Positions 36,681 to 50,614 are shown, numbered from the stretch's first letter. The stretch: DNA of 64,000 nucleotides from Marsupella aquatica (GCA_973895155.1 OZ316892.1:2483223-2547222), one strand, 5' to 3'. The notes: generated by a model not told the origin, from the letters alone. Translations and numbers: made by a program.

Positions 36681-38424
36681 CGCTCCAATTTTCTTCGGAT
36701 TGTGTAGAATTTTAATTTACGACAACTTGCATGTGTCGTCCACACTTTTCTTCCTTCGTCTGGTACGATTCACTCTTTGACAATAGTGTGCAAGTGCATA
36801 ATAGGTCATCGTTGTGTATCAAGAATTCTGTGTAGTACGTTACTGTATTTCCGAATATAAGCATCCTTGTTCCCATTTCCACGGAAGTAATTAACCGGCG
36901 TGGAAAGGTCTACTCTCGTTTCATCACCCGGAGAATGATTTCTCAACTACGTGCTCCAGATCCCCTGTCTTGAAATCAATCATCATCGCAGACCATCTCA
37001 TACCGGCGTTCACTAACACACCAAGAGATTCTGTTTTTCACTCAATTAATTCTGACAAGAGTTTTTCTTTAAATAGGATTGATTGGATGTCGATTTCAAA
37101 GCAACAGGACTGAGTCAGACTGAGCCAGCCGTAAGCTTCGAAGGAACGTTGTACAGAAACGCCTCAGCGAGATTTTGACTTGCAACATCGAGTGCTTGCA
37201 GGCACGGAAGTCACTCGGCGGTCGGACGAGGAAATCACGTGCACGAGTCATGAGGTCACCGAGAGGGGTGAGGGCAAGAAGCATTGTCATTTCTATTGCG
37301 TGTCATCGGTGTGCCGGTTATGGAGATTGAACTCGTCCTTCACTTCACATTTTACGTGATTTGTGAACAACTGTATCGTGACTAAAGCCCCAAATTTCGT
37401 TCAGGGTGCTCGGTCTGAAGCACAATCGACTTTCCATCATCGACAGTCGTGATGTACGCTTGGGCTTTCAGTCCAAAGAATCGTGATGTACGATTGTGCT
37501 TCAGACCGAGCAAGTGGGTTGTCCGTTGCCCAAATCGGATTCCACTCTGGTACGAGAACAGTTCTGAGATAACTCAAAGACAGAAGGGATTCATTTGGCG
37601 CAATCCACATCATTCAAAACATCCTGTATAAAGTACCATTAGAACGGTTTTGGGAGACAAGATGGAGACTGGATCCAGTCAATCCATCACCGAGAGAGGT
37701 TGTCCATGCAATGCGGTAACAGTCACGGCGCCGCAAAGATTCCGTTTCGTCCAAAGCAAACCACGAGTGACTGCAGCATGTGACCTGTGAGCAGCGTCAG
37801 CGCAGGTCCGACGGCACCTCGTCGGGTTGCAGCCTTTCCATCATCGATTCTAAGCTTCGTATAATCGTATGCATGGAATGTGAATACAATTATGATAAAG
37901 TTTGTACTCCCGAAACCAAAATATCATCGACACAAGAACGCCATGCATTATTGGGCCGTGGTCGACGGGCTAGTGGAAAAGATCCGTCTGCTAGTGGATG
38001 AAGGTCCTGTGACCACGAGCAAGCGGAATTCCGGACCAAACATTTCCGAATGATTTTGCTCTGACGAGAGCTCATGACATCATTCGGCCGATACTCTACC
38101 ACTGTACCATAAAGCTTCCCTCGCATATACAGCTAACAGCGCCATCTCAGTGACGAAGTCCATCTCTAGAGAACACCCACCGTTGACATCCCAAGATAGC
38201 GGAGAAGTGGGAACCGGATTGATCGTCAAGGATTGGGTGTTGCATTGTCGCAGGAGGATTGCACGAGAGCTACAGAACTGTGGAGTAGGATTCCTGGTAA
38301 GTGCATTAATATCAAAATGCAGCTGCCAGTGGAAACAACAAACACTTGGTGAAATAAAACAAATACTTGTGAAATAACAGAACTATTCTCCAACCTCACG
38401 GTTGCATACAATCTTACTAATAAA

Positions 38425-38915
38425 GGGCAATGCAAAGCTATTTTCAAGGCAGTGACATCCCTAGACCTCAACTCTCTCAATAGGCCTCAACTCTCAATAG
38501 TACAAAAGTGGAAATGGACCACATCCCTTCTCAATGGGACAAAAGTGGAAATGGACCACAAAAAGGGATGGGAGCAAAAGATTGAAATACGACAAAACTG
38601 AAAAGTGGAAGTCTACCAAAAAAAAGGGAGGGGAACAAAACTGACATTGACTCTAAATAAGGACAAAATAGAAGTGAGATGGGAACAAAACTGACATTGA
38701 CTCTAAATGAGGACAAAATAGAAGTGGCGGTGAAAAAAAAGAGGGATGGAGGCAACGATGAATACTAACATCTTTGCTTTGCAATATTGTTTTTGGTATT
38801 CATCTCTATTCATTGACTCTAAACAAGGACAAAATAGAAGTGAGGGTGATAAAAACGAGGGATGGACGCAAAGATGAATACCTACACCTACAGTATATCT
38901 TTGCTTTGCAATTTG
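38425..38915. repeat. Patchwork of short tandem duplications
   Basis: CCTCAACTCTC..AATAG x2, ACAAAAGTGGAAATGGACCACA x2, CATTGACTCTAAA..AGGACAAAATAGAAGTG x3 and ATCTTTGCTTTGCAAT x2. Confidence 0.85.
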
Positions 38916-38976
38916 TTTTTGGTCTTATCTCCATTTATGTTCAAAGAACCGTAGTCAGGCTAGTTTACGAGAAAGT

Positions 38977-39124
38977 GAATGGTACACTTTGCCAGAGCTG
39001 CAACATCTTGAATGGGGAACACTTTGCCAGAGCTGCAACATCTTGAGTGGGGAACACTTTGCCAGAGCTGGAACATCTTGAATGGGGAACACTTTGCCAG
39101 AGCTGGAACATCTTGAATGGGGAA
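38977..39124. repeat. 35-bp minisatellite x4
   Basis: ACACTTTGCCAGAGCTG at 38984, 39019, 39054 and 39089. Confidence 0.95.
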
Positions 39125-40254
39125 TGGAGGGGCTCCCTCAATCTGCAATGTGATCACTGTTATTCTGTTGTGGACAGCCGGCGGATGCGTTGGGGCCTTG
39201 CGGGCGTTGCAGATGATGTCGATGGGAAAGCTCGGAACATAATTATCAGCGGATGCGCCGGTCTGGGGCGTAGAGGGCCTGTCCAGTAGACGAAGAACAG
39301 GACTACAACGCAGTGCTTGTCGACATGCGCGATTCAATTTGTCAGGAGTTTTTGTAGCTCAGTGTTTTCTTTAACGACAAAATTTTGTTAGGTTTCATCA
39401 CTTCTTGCCAAAAACTGCTCTGTAGTTTTTCTGTTTCTCATCAGCCAGGTTTTCACCCAGCCACTAGCCACAATCTAATGGTAGTCCTTTAATATAGGGA
39501 TATCTAATAATGGTCAGAAAAACTCAAGAAATACAAACATAGATTATTCATAACATGTTCTTTCACACATGGTATCTGGCAAAAGTTCACGGGCAATGCA
39601 CAGGTAGAAATGACAGTGGGGAGCAAGGGGCTTAGGCTAACCCAGCCAAGTTGATGGAAGACAGATGAGGGGCTCCTATGGGCCCGAATACAGGTTACTT
39701 AAACTTGCATACTATTTGGGGGCAATATAATAATAATAAATAGTTTGGGGGTCAGGTCTGCAATAACCCTCAATTTTGGGGGGTAACTACTGTTTGAAAA
39801 CCTTCAGTAAATGACTTTTTAGTTAAATAGGAGTAAAATGATTTCTGTAAGTGTACATTATTTAATGTTTTACTCAAAATAAGAAATACACACAAAGGCC
39901 CAAAAAATAAATGCATGATGAGTGAATTTAAGAAGGAAAAAAAGAATATGCTTCAGGCCAACAGCCAATTGGGAGTTCCTTCCAGTATAACACCCAGATG
40001 TTCGTTCTAGAAAAAGAGAGTAGCTTCGAAGGGAGCAATTTGGATACAATCATGTGCAATATTGTATGCGGGTTGAGCAATCAATTTTGGATGAGTGTTT
40101 CTGGACAAATTCATCAACTGTTTACCTTTGGTCCCACACTCAATGCTGTTTGTTATTGCTTGCTGCCTGTAATGCAAAAGTGAAGACATAAGTGATAAGT
40201 TGGTATTTTTTAAGGTTGTTTGTTTGTAGCCTGTGTGGCCAATGTCAGCAGCTC

Positions 40255-40676
40255 TAAGGGAGGAGAGATACTAGGAATATTCTTTATCAGTTTTTCCTAG
40301 ATTGTATCCTGACCATCAGATATCCCTAGATTTATGGATGACCATTAGATTCTGGAAAATGGGGTTCATGATTAGGTGGGAAAGTGGCCAATGACATATA
40401 AAGAATCTAGTCAATTTTGGCCAAAAGTGGCCAATACTTTTTGGGGAGGTGGAATCTGGCAAAAACTAGCACCTAAAAAATAAGCTGGTTGGTATGTCTT
40501 CACATTTCTGAATCCTACTGACAATGCAGAGATCCATATAGTTGCAAAGTTTCCTCAACATTTGTCACCCCAACAAGCTTAGCCCAGAGGTTTCTAGACT
40601 TCATTTTGGCCCTTAAGGTTCTGAGTCAAAGCTTCATAATTTGACCAATCAATGCAAAATCTCTCGTCCCAAAGTG
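40255..40676 (+). mobile_element. Copy of a dispersed non-coding repeat family (related to 12820-13242, and inverted to ~55655-55750 and ~56480-56670)
   Basis: Shares the blocks CAGAT(A/C)TCCCTAGATTT, TTAGATTCTGG..AATGGGGT, GGCCAAAAG, TCACATTTC.GAAT.CTAC, CCCAACAAGC.TAGC.CAG and a terminal CCCAAAGTG with 12820-13242. Confidence 0.7.
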
Positions 40677-40683
40677 AGGCTCA

Positions 40684-40990
40684 CTAAACTCCTTTGCAGA
40701 TACAGTACTTGCATGGAGAAAAACTGGAGGTCATTGTATTATCACCAAAATGGGTAGACAAACAACAACCTAGAGTGATACCCAATGGGTAGGCAAGCAA
40801 CATAATTCTACAGTCGAGTGATACCCAAGGATTAGACAATAAATGAGTTTCCCGTCCAGTTACATACCAATCATGCAGAAAGGTAAATTCTCCCTCGAAA
40901 ACCCTGTCAAAGTTGCCCCAGCCAGGGCCACGCAAATCCCCACGATTGTTGAAATCAATGGTGACAGATAGCCATGAAATATAGGAGCTG
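40684..40990 (-). mobile_element. Possible LINE ORF1 (DUF4283-like) remnant
   Basis: The minus frame ...GEFTFLHDWYVTGRETHLLSNPWVSLDCRIMLL... loosely matches the F..R..VL..PW..D.R pattern of plant L1 ORF1. Confidence 0.25.
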
Positions 40991-41797
40991 ACTGGGCTAG
41001 TCCTTGCCAGGGCAGAAGCAGGGGGGGCCCTATCTCAGAAGAGGTCTAGGGGGCCTGAACCTGGAACGCTTTGCTCTTCACTCAGCTTTGCACCCTGGGT
41101 CTCTATGGACAGCAACACACTTCTTGAGGAGGCTCCTTCAGTCTGGAGCTTTGGTTAGGGGTCTTTTCATGCTCGATCTTTCACTCAAAAAGAGAATTCA
41201 AAGCCCCCATCGACCACAAGGTTTGGTCTGTTGAAAGTCCACATATTGGCAAAATTTGAGTCTATTTGTAATAACTTTATATTCATAAATTCAAATATCT
41301 TCTAGTTTTTTGGGGTTATGCTAGAGTATTAGGTAAACACTTCCGTCAAAGTGACAAGCACTTTTTTTGGCCAGAATCTATAACTACAATAAGAAATTTA
41401 GTTGTGTCAAAATATGTTGTTTACTAGAAAATGAGGGGCAAGTTGTATTAGATTAATTTAGTTGTGTTAATATAAAATATGAACCCTACGCCCGTGCGTC
41501 GCACAGTGCAAGGAGGGCCGGCCCATAGAGAGTCAGGCCAGGGCATTTATTGGGCAGCGAGAAACACATATGTGCTAGGGGTGCACATTTCCTCCATCAA
41601 TGGTCCCGGGAAACAGCTAATCGAATCCAATGGCTGTGAATTTTTCCTGCCCATGAGCTTTTTTGTATTGGGATGAAGGATGGAAAAAGATGGAATTTCT
41701 TATTGTAGTTATAGATTTGGGCTTATATTTCTCAAGATTTGGGGTTGTATTTCTCAAAGTCTTCCTTCCCTAGACAGTTCCATTACAGATGCAAAAC

Positions 41798-41920
41798 AAA
41801 CAAAAATATTTTAGTACTAATCAAATTATAGGCCCCAAATACGCAAGGACCACCAAAATCAAACAAAAATATTTTAGTACGAATCAAATTATGGGCCCCA
41901 AATACCCAAGGACCACCAAA
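41798..41920. repeat. ~63-bp tandem duplication
   Basis: AAACAAAAATATTTTAGTAC.AATCAAATTAT.GGCCCCAAATAC.CAAGGACCACCAAA twice. Confidence 0.95.
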
Positions 41921-42444
41921 GTGCAGTACACGCGGGAGTCCTGTGTCCAGCATGGTTTCCATTACAACTATGCTGAATTGTGCCTAGAGAGGTACAAAGG
42001 GCTGAACAGGGGACGGTACAGCTATGTGCGACTTTAGTAGTTTAGTTTGCTCTTCGTTCAGCTTTTCACTTTACTCTGTGGAGTGTGGACTGCACTACTG
42101 CAGCAAAGCAATTCCTCGTGATTGTTGTGGAAACATGATCTGCAAGCTCAGCTGGAAAAAGATGGCGACGCGGAAACAGGTAGGCCCGTTCGTCTTATAC
42201 GCTGGGAGTCTAACGCCTACAGGGACAGTTCATGACCTTTTTGCCCACCGTTATTTCTTAACCTACATTTGCTTTATGACTCAGAGTAGATTACAGGACC
42301 TTGTCGTTCGAGACGAACAGTGGGAGCTTCCAATTGGTTGATTTCGTGGCGCTGTTTGGTTGTTTTTTTTGCTTTCTCGGGGATCACCCTTTTGACGAAT
42401 TGGCTGGTCTGTTGCTTGTTTTTCACGGAATTGATGATAGAGTT

Positions 42445-42885
42445 CACTGCTTGCTGGAGCCCCATCGCATTGTCGGGGCGGTTCCTGTGGAGCTCTGTAA
42501 AGTTTTCAATTACTGTAACAGTGCGTCAACTTTTTCCGAGCGTTGATGATTTTAAAGTTTCATTGCGTGCTGGAGCCCCATCGCGTTTTCCAGGCGGCTG
42601 AAGTCGACTCTGTAGAGTTTCATCGCTGCAACAAGTCGTCGACTTTCTCGTAATCTCGTGCGCTCGCTGACTACGTTTGTTGCGTGCTTGAGCCCCGCAT
42701 CGTGTTGTTCGGGCGGCTCCTGTCGAGCTCTGTAGAGCTTTTCATTGCTGTAACAATTCGTCGACTGTTTCGCGCGTTCGTTGATTATTGACCTTTCGTC
42801 AGGGCGGCTCGTGTCGAGCTCTGTAGAGCTTTTCATTACTGTAACAATTTCGTCAACTTTCTCGTGCGTGTGATTATTGACCTTT
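42445..42885. repeat. Diverged tandem array, 91-120-bp unit x4
   Basis: CTCTGTA(A/G)AG at 42493, 42608, 42728 and 42819, with GGCGG upstream and TGTAACA..CGTC.ACT downstream. Confidence 0.85.
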
Positions 42886-45163
42886 CCGGTTCACTCCTTC
42901 AATTTACATACAAGGCACACTTGGTGTCCATATAATAGTGCATCTCAAACCAGCTCATTCCCATAAATTAAATACCCGGAAGTTAAATACACTGTTAACA
43001 CAAAAAGTGACCGTCAGTACCTTAGGCAGACAATGCACGGTTGCATCAAAAGTTGTTTTACATAATAATATATGCCCTTCAAGAATTGTCATAAGCCATT
43101 CTAAAATTGTAAATTGTCAGGAGGGGGGGGGAGAACGTGTTGAAACCTGTCTCAAACCTGAAACCATGGATTAAGTTGGCCAGACAGTTGGATGTTGGCT
43201 TAGGTCACGGACATAGATTTCTTAGATCAGCTGACTGGAAAAAATGGGACAGAGCAAGTTTGAGCAGCCCTAATGTAGAGGGTGCATTGATGAACCTAAA
43301 CCCCTTTTTCTCTTTGTATTTATATGAGTTATGCTCTTTTTATGTCTATGGATTAATGTTTGGAGCCCTGGCCTCCCTACCAGCCTGGTCTGGTCTGGGG
43401 TTATGACATTTTGTGCCCCTAAGTAAACCTGTCAGGACAGTTGTCCTGTTTCAGGCACAAATTTTAGGAAAAAATAGAGCAAAATTACACCTGAAGCTTA
43501 TGCACGTTACTTTATGGCCACTCAAGGGTCATGGCTGTAAATCCCTTAAGCACACTGCCCTTAGAATTTACGTCCCCTGGGGGCCATGGATTGGATACTA
43601 GCCTTTCTTTTTCTTTCTCTCTGTAGTTTTGGGGGACGGAGGTCCCTAGCCATATCCCCTTTGTGAGCTGGCCAGGGGCTCCAAGTTGCATGCACCCTTT
43701 GAGTAAACTAAAAGATAACTAAAATTCCAAAAATAAGTAATACAAAATCAGAAAGGTGGGAGTCTTAATATCGTTCTCCATTCAAGACTCCACTTTAGGA
43801 GAGTGTTAATTTGACATCCTTCACCTCAAATCCAGTGAGAGAGGTGTCATCCAGGGATATGGTCCTTTCCTGATTGGCCCACCATGGGGTCACTGCTAAA
43901 AGGCCTAGAATTACAGTAGCTACGCACAAATAGCCCATTGTTGGCTGTCAAACATAAGTCCATTGCAAATATAGATCTGTTGCCATTAAGATGAGTAGAA
44001 CATGGATCCATTGCTAATATTACTAGAGCCTAATTGGGAAAACCGGATTCAAGTACGGGACTTGAATTCTTAGAAGCAACTTGCCGCGGTCCTCATGACA
44101 TCCTCCCTTAGCACTCCCTGAACTGGCAAGAAAAGCACATGTCACATTTTCACAATATCAACCTACCAAAGTCTGTTTTTTTTGTTTTCTTATCATTTCA
44201 AAGTATGGGACCACAAGGGCCTGGAAATTTTCCTGCCCTTGCCTTGGTTCTCTACTGTATATGCTCTGACAAAGAGCTCGAGCTTGAGGCATAAAATTTT
44301 TGGTCAATATTTGGATTCATCCCTGAAATTTAGGCTCCAAAATGGAGGGCTTTGAACGGCACCCCTTAGAGCCATCTTACATGTAGCAGCCCTCAACATT
44401 GCGGCACTCAACACTAGTGAAATGATTGGGGAAAAGTAGATCTGCTGCCCTGCAACATGTCAGGTGCACAAGGCCGGTCATGTCTCTCCCTTGTCGTTAC
44501 CCCCTGAAGCTTATACAGGAGAAATCTTGTTTAATTATTAATGGAGCGGAATTAGTGGAATTTTAGGCTCTTGCCCTTGGAACTTCAAATTTTTTGCCAT
44601 CAATCCTCATACAGCAGGAGGTACAGGCACGTCAATCTTGCTCACTTAGTTGCTGGCATGAGCAAGGTTCAAGGCTGCAATCTTGAAGGTCGCTCTAATG
44701 CAATTTAGGTTGATCTTAGAGTTGTTTGCATGGTCCTGAAAAAATCAGCTCTTACCCCTTGTAAATTGCAAAAGTGCATTGCAAATGTCCAGAAATCAGC
44801 TAATTAAGTAGAGATGTGTTTCCTTTGTTTGATTAGAAACTTAAAGGTCGAGACATGAAGGGCCAGAACTTTGACCCTTGCCCTAGCTTGAATATTCAAA
44901 AATGCTGCCTTCAAGCAGACTCAGGAGGGGGTTGAGGTATGAATTACTCCTTCACTCATAGAGTGCCATCAGTTAAATTTTTTCAAGGACCTTAAGAGCC
45001 TATTCTTTTAGTACCTACTACATGTAAAACTCCCCGTAAGTAGACTGAGGGTTGGAAGAAGCTCAAGGGCTGGAAAACGAAGGATGCACAAATACAAGTT
45101 GGCTCTTACAATAATCCCATAATCACACTTCAGAATGTAATTATATAGGGTGTGCACTCATTC

Positions 45164-45415
45164 ATTTAAAGAAAATAATAAGTATTATCATTCTATTTAC
45201 ATTTAGATAAATTGATTTAAAGAAAATAATGAGTCTTATCATTGTATTTACATTTAGAGAAGATAAGTAGATTTATTATTGTATGGACTGATGTGGTACC
45301 CGCTATATGTCATATTTTGATATATTTTGATGTGCATTTACAAGGACCCACATAAGCCTGAGCTGTTTGATATATTTTGATGTGCATTTACGAGAAACCA
45401 CGTAAACCTGAGCTG
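45164..45415. repeat. Two adjacent ~50-bp tandem duplications
   Basis: ATTTAAAGAAAATAAT.AGT.TTATCATT.TATTTACATTTAGA x2, then TTTGATATATTTTGATGTGCATTTAC...CCTGAGCTG x2. Confidence 0.9.
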
Positions 45416-46662
45416 GAAGTTGGTTCTTAAGATAAGTCTGAACTAGCGTACATACCATGTTGACAGCTCACATTCACTTCATCTCTATTCCCCGGAAATG
45501 GAGGAAGAAAACAACCCTCGTGCTCAGACTTCACTGGACGGCCTGAACGAATCGAGAGACATGGTTCTGCCTGTGATATGTCCAAACCTTTTTCCCGTTT
45601 CAGCTAATTGTGGATCGATATCCCAGTTCTCGGAAGGACGGAATCACCTTGACCGGCCAGAATTGGAGGACGAACATATTGTGAAACAGCACAGAGGGAA
45701 TCATTCAATGATCTCAAGCAAATCTCCAGGGAATCCCCATTCAGAATGATTGTTCGTGGGCCAACTTACGGTGCACACGGCTTGTGCATGCGCCGGAAGA
45801 AAAAACAGAAGTACGTCTCCTCGAAACTGAGATCGCGATTCCATTTTTCCCGCTCCGTCAATAATGTGTATATCCCGGATTGAAGGAAGGAGTGAGCAGC
45901 CAGAGTGACCGTTCTATTCGAGGGCGTAGCATCCATTCAGAGAGTGAAGGATGCTCACCTCTCGCGCAAAGGATGTGCACGAACAGCTGGACGAGATATA
46001 TCTGTCTATCTGCTTGAAAAAATGTCATTTACAATGAGGAACTGAGTGCAGTTCCAACACAAGCGGAACATCAGCATCTCTAGCTAGCCGCATCAGGAAA
46101 GCAGGCAGACTGTTCATATTCTACCATCATAATGAGGGCTAATTCTAAAGTCGGAATTTCGTGCACTTAGCAAGCAACTACTCCACTATAAGTTCCTACA
46201 ATCATACGAAGAACCCTCTGCCCAATGTTCTTGATCGTCAATGGTGGCCGATTGTCGTCACTCACCAGAATTTCGCAGGCTCGAGAGCACTTCGTCGATC
46301 GACATCCATCCATCCCAGGCCCCCTGGTGAGGACCCGGAAACTGAGAGTCTTCAGCAGTTTAGCTCTAAGAGCTCCGGGCAGTGACCGGGTGATTTGTCT
46401 AATCAAGTCAGGCTCTGACTCAGCAAGTTCCATGCAGAGTCTTGTCAGCAACCATGTGCGTTGCCTAGCGCAAATAGTAGTCGAGCAGGCTCAGTCACGT
46501 TCACAGAATTTTCTGTATAGATTTGGAAAGATGATAACGCGTGAGTGGAGCGATCATGACGAAGTGTGTCGATCATAGTGTTTTTGTTCGTTTGCGCAAC
46601 TTCGATTTCGGGTGTGTTCGTCGTCTTAGATTAGTTGTTCTTCGTCACGGATCTTTTAAGTT

Positions 46663-49600
46663 TCATGGCTCAGTCTGTTGCTCTTCGTCATGTGCTGGTT
46701 GGCTGTCAAGTTGCCATACCATCGTGTCCGGCTGGCCTGGCACCGCAAATGTTCTCAAAGAGAACTCCCGCATACCTGTATCATAGACTTGGCAAAATCG
46801 GGACTCCCAGTCGGGTGGCTTCAGTGCCTGGGTACCGAGGCCGGGCGTCCTGTCCTTGGAGCCCCGGCTTTCATTCTTTTGCCAGTCGGTCGTATACGTC
46901 CCAGCTCTCCGCACGAACTTCATTTTAAATGCATCCCAAGCCTGCGCTCACAGTCGACATTGTCAAATCAGAAAACGTCTTTCCAAGTTCCGACAATTTA
47001 ATATCATTCTTCCCACCTGCAGGTATCACCTAAAGGAACGGGGAACGGTTCACGTGGAAGATCCCCAACGGTATATAGTTAGAAGGGTCATCTGAAAGTC
47101 AAAACATGTCCAAAAATGAGGCACGTTCATGTCAGACGCAAGGGAGGTTTGTCCTTTCGAGAGTCTTTTCTTCTCGACGTACTACAGCCCGTACTACTCG
47201 ACAGCATTATCACGCGTACAACACACCTCAATCAAATCCCCATATTTCATAAAGGCCTATCTCAAGAAACACCCCTTGGACCACTTGGACCCAGGAGCAC
47301 TAAACAAACCTAACGCTCACTGAAGTAAAAATGACATCCGAAGAGCAGTCCCCGGGGAGCAGTCCTGAAGGTTCAGATGACACATTGAAAATAGTCCCTC
47401 AACACAAACCACAAAATTAATTTCTCTCGGTGGACCTGCGAACTCTCAGATTACAACTCAACATAAACGGACACAGTTGCTAACCCTCCATCGAATCTCT
47501 ATTGGTGGGAGGAACGACCTCATCAGAAAACACGGGCAGAATACCCACTCAGCCAACTGCCACTTGGGGAAATATTTGACTGTCAGAACCATTTTGAAGC
47601 ACACGACTGCACACAATGATTAACGTGAGATAGTCAGTCATGTCCAGGAGAAACTCATCTCGTTGACGGGGCCTACCTGATACTTGTAGTGGTTACAGAC
47701 GGCGACTCTGCGGCTCATCTTGACGGAATGATAGCCCTCTTGGAGTTCGAAATGATGCAGAACGTTCAACAAGCTGTCGTCGAGAGCATCAAGCTTGATT
47801 ATAGACTTGTGTCGCTCTGGACTCCTCAACCGGCATGTGTACCCCACGGTTACTCCCTGCTTCGGAGTGCTTTTGAGACCTGACGGACCGAAATTGTTGC
47901 AGTCGAACTGAAGTTGCCCCAAATTTTCACCTCTCGCGCGTGCATTGTCACTCTCAGCGTCGATCATACGATGGAAAGCCAAAGCATCGCTGCCTTCATC
48001 GTTTGGCCCTTTAAGATAGAAATACGGGTAAATGTACTCGTCCACATCTGTGAACAACACCCACTCGCACTGGTCCCGGGCGAGGATTGTACAATGTGAA
48101 AATGCCGCTTGCTGGGTCTTCATCCACGGCCACACCATCCTGCTCACGTTGTGAGCGGCCAACGCGTCTAAGACTTCTTCTGTGCCATCATCACTGTCAT
48201 TGTCGTATACGAAATACTTCTCAACTCCCATAAAACTGTGAAAGAGTACCCACTCTCTGATGAATGGTGCTTTGTTCCACACCATCGTGCAAGCACAAAG
48301 CTTCTTCCTCGGTGTAGCATCTCTGAACAAATCTTCCTCATTCACAACAGTAGCGGCTTCCGGTGAGCTCTCCGACATGGTGGCCTCCTCTTCTGAGTCC
48401 GTCACTACCTGTCCGTCGTCTTCAATCTGAAAATCCCCTTCTAATGTAAAAGGATTTGATGACTCTTGAGCATTTGAGTCTTCCGCTGTGGCACCGGAAT
48501 TCGGACTAAGAAAAGACGCTAAAAAGGTTTTAGGCTCGTTATCCGGGTAATAGTAAGTCACGGAAGGCAGCACGCCGAGCCAGGAAGCCTTGACACTGAC
48601 CCTATGCCCTCTCAGCTTGTCATCCAGGTGAGCTCCAGGCTTCTCGCAACGGATGACCTCCTGAGCGGCTGTCAAAACTGAAGTCTCATACAAAATTTCT
48701 GAGGGCAGGTTTGTACCGAAGACGCACTTTAACGTCGATGTATCCATTTTCTTTGAACTCTTAGTGACCAACCCTTTAGCGAGAAGAACCATTGTATCCC
48801 CATCGATAAGGGTTTCGTAGACCAAGGCCTCCCAGCTGGGCAGTGCACGCGGGTAGTACACGGCACTGGTCTCCACTTTCACTTCACTGTCGCGAATGCC
48901 TAGCGAAACATTGCTGTGTAGTTCGAAAGGGAAGTCATACGGGAGACTGCATCTGACGATCTGGAGGTCGTCCGCCCGTCGCTTAATGCTGACCACTGGA
49001 GGCCTGGTTTTGTTCGCGGAATCGAAAGGAATGCCGCTGAATCGACACTCCAAACTGTCTATGCTGCCCTCTAGATTAAGAGTTGTCGAGACTCTCACAA
49101 GAAGCATCACATTGTCTGGAAAAAGCACTGCATCCTGGACGTACATTGAAGGCATCGGATCAGCTATCGGAATTCCCACTTCCTCAGATGTCATTGCGGG
49201 CATATCCCAAATTGGATGATGGTTGACTGCCACTGTTGTCGACGCCGAGGATGCTGCAGGGAAAACAAATTCGAACTGTTAGCCCAGTGCGGTGCGCTGC
49301 CAACACAACTCGAATACTTCGATTGCAAGGAACAAATTATTTACTATGCGTGCGTGCAGTAACACAAGAAAAGGAAATTCGTGCAGTAACAGCTAGACTG
49401 AGCATCCATCGAAACGCTCATGAAGAGAAGGACTTCGCAAGCATTACAATCGCATACTAACGGCTCCATTCAAAGAATTGGATCACAGATCTCAATCAAG
49501 CCCTTCACTGTCATAAATGAAGCTCAAAGCACGAGCTCATCATTATTCCTCCACACCCACCATGATTATGTCAAGCTAACAAGACTTCACTGCTCAACCA

Positions 49601-49894
49601 AGGCCGAGCTGCGATCAGCTGGCCGACAAGTTAGACCACAATTGCACAAAATCAATGAAGCTGGAATCTTAGCTATTCTAGAAAGGAGTGCATGGGTTAG
49701 TTCGCACCATAAGGAATCCATAAGTTCGCACCGCAGAGGCCGCCGGTAATGGTCAAAATGCAGCCCAGTAGCAAGCAAAACCTCCATGATCTCCACAATA
49801 CAATTTGAGATCCAGTGGCTACTTCCACTCCCATGAGCGGCTCGTGCTTGTCCTTCGTCAAAAATCCTTTCCTCCTTGCCACAATCTCCATCAT
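46663..49894 (-). CDS. Glycosyltransferase family 92 (DUF23) type II membrane protein, 680 aa
   Basis: Exons (minus) 49894-49708, 49253-47677 and 46941-46663 (2043 nt). N-terminal TM segment FCLLLGCILTITGGLCG. Motifs AAQEVIRC, LCACTMVWN, IREWVLFH, FVYDNDSDD, WPWMKTQQAAFSHC, the DxD motif TDVDEY, PERHKSI, NHYKYQAW and SKDRTPGLG. Confidence 0.93.
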
Positions 49895-50614
49895 TGCACT
49901 AAACTGCCCTACTTCAGATACCTCTACTGGATAGTTTCTCCTGCTATGGCTGCGAATTCCCACGCAACCCCTATATACCTCCCTCAACTCGGCCTAAACT
50001 CGCCAATCATCATCATCATCCGATACAGTCACCGAATCCAATCACGTGAATGGCCGAACTTCCGCTCGGTGAATTGAATTGTCCATGTTCACAGAGTCAA
50101 ACAGTGCATCGCGCTTGTCGCAGACTGTTACTGCAAAGGCGACGTCTAGTTCCCACCTGATGAGGAGACTGTCTCCCGGCGGCCGATCGATAGGGATATC
50201 ACCTCGACCCGAATCGTTCTTAAAACCCCGGCCCCGGACAGGCGGTCCGTCGATCGGTCCCGCTTTGTCACTTCTTCGTTTCAGACCAAAAGTAAAATTC
50301 ACTGAATGTCACTCGTTCACGCGACGTTGCCGTCCAACTTAAGTCGTCGGCCTTGCAGTGCGGTTCCTTTTCGCGCTCTCTCCGACTCTCTCGATCTCTC
50401 TCTCTCGCGCTCTCCGCCGCCCACCCACCCCCGGATAAACTCTTCTCGAGAGCAGGGTTGCAACTGACGGCAATCCGTCAAACTGCTCCACGAAACAATC
50501 AGCCGAATCCGAAATCATAGGTTTCGGGCATTTATACGAGAATACATATACATATATTTCATGCAAGCGGAAGAAGCTGAACAGAGATTCTGTAGAGAAC
50601 GCGTGGAACATTGA

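Noticed and set aside
38977-39124. 35-bp repeats as a CRISPR array
   Set aside because: The units are head-to-tail with no spacers, so this is a minisatellite.
41490-41510. Helitron 3' hairpin (CCCGTGCGTCGCACAG)
   Set aside because: It resembles the motif, but the stem is imperfect, there is no correctly spaced CTRR end, and no matching 5' end was found.
47638-47676. GT92 ending at VGPVNEMSFSWT*
   Set aside because: This is intron read-through. The donor CAG|GTAGGC joins the exon at 46941 and restores the conserved YKYQAW...DRTPGLG.
5277-49894. Biosynthetic gene cluster (acyl-CoA ligase, methyltransferase, glycosyltransferase)
   Set aside because: The enzymes are a peroxisomal AAE, a protein methyltransferase and a Golgi-type cell-wall GT92. 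They are in different compartments, have housekeeping-type roles and are separated by unrelated genes.
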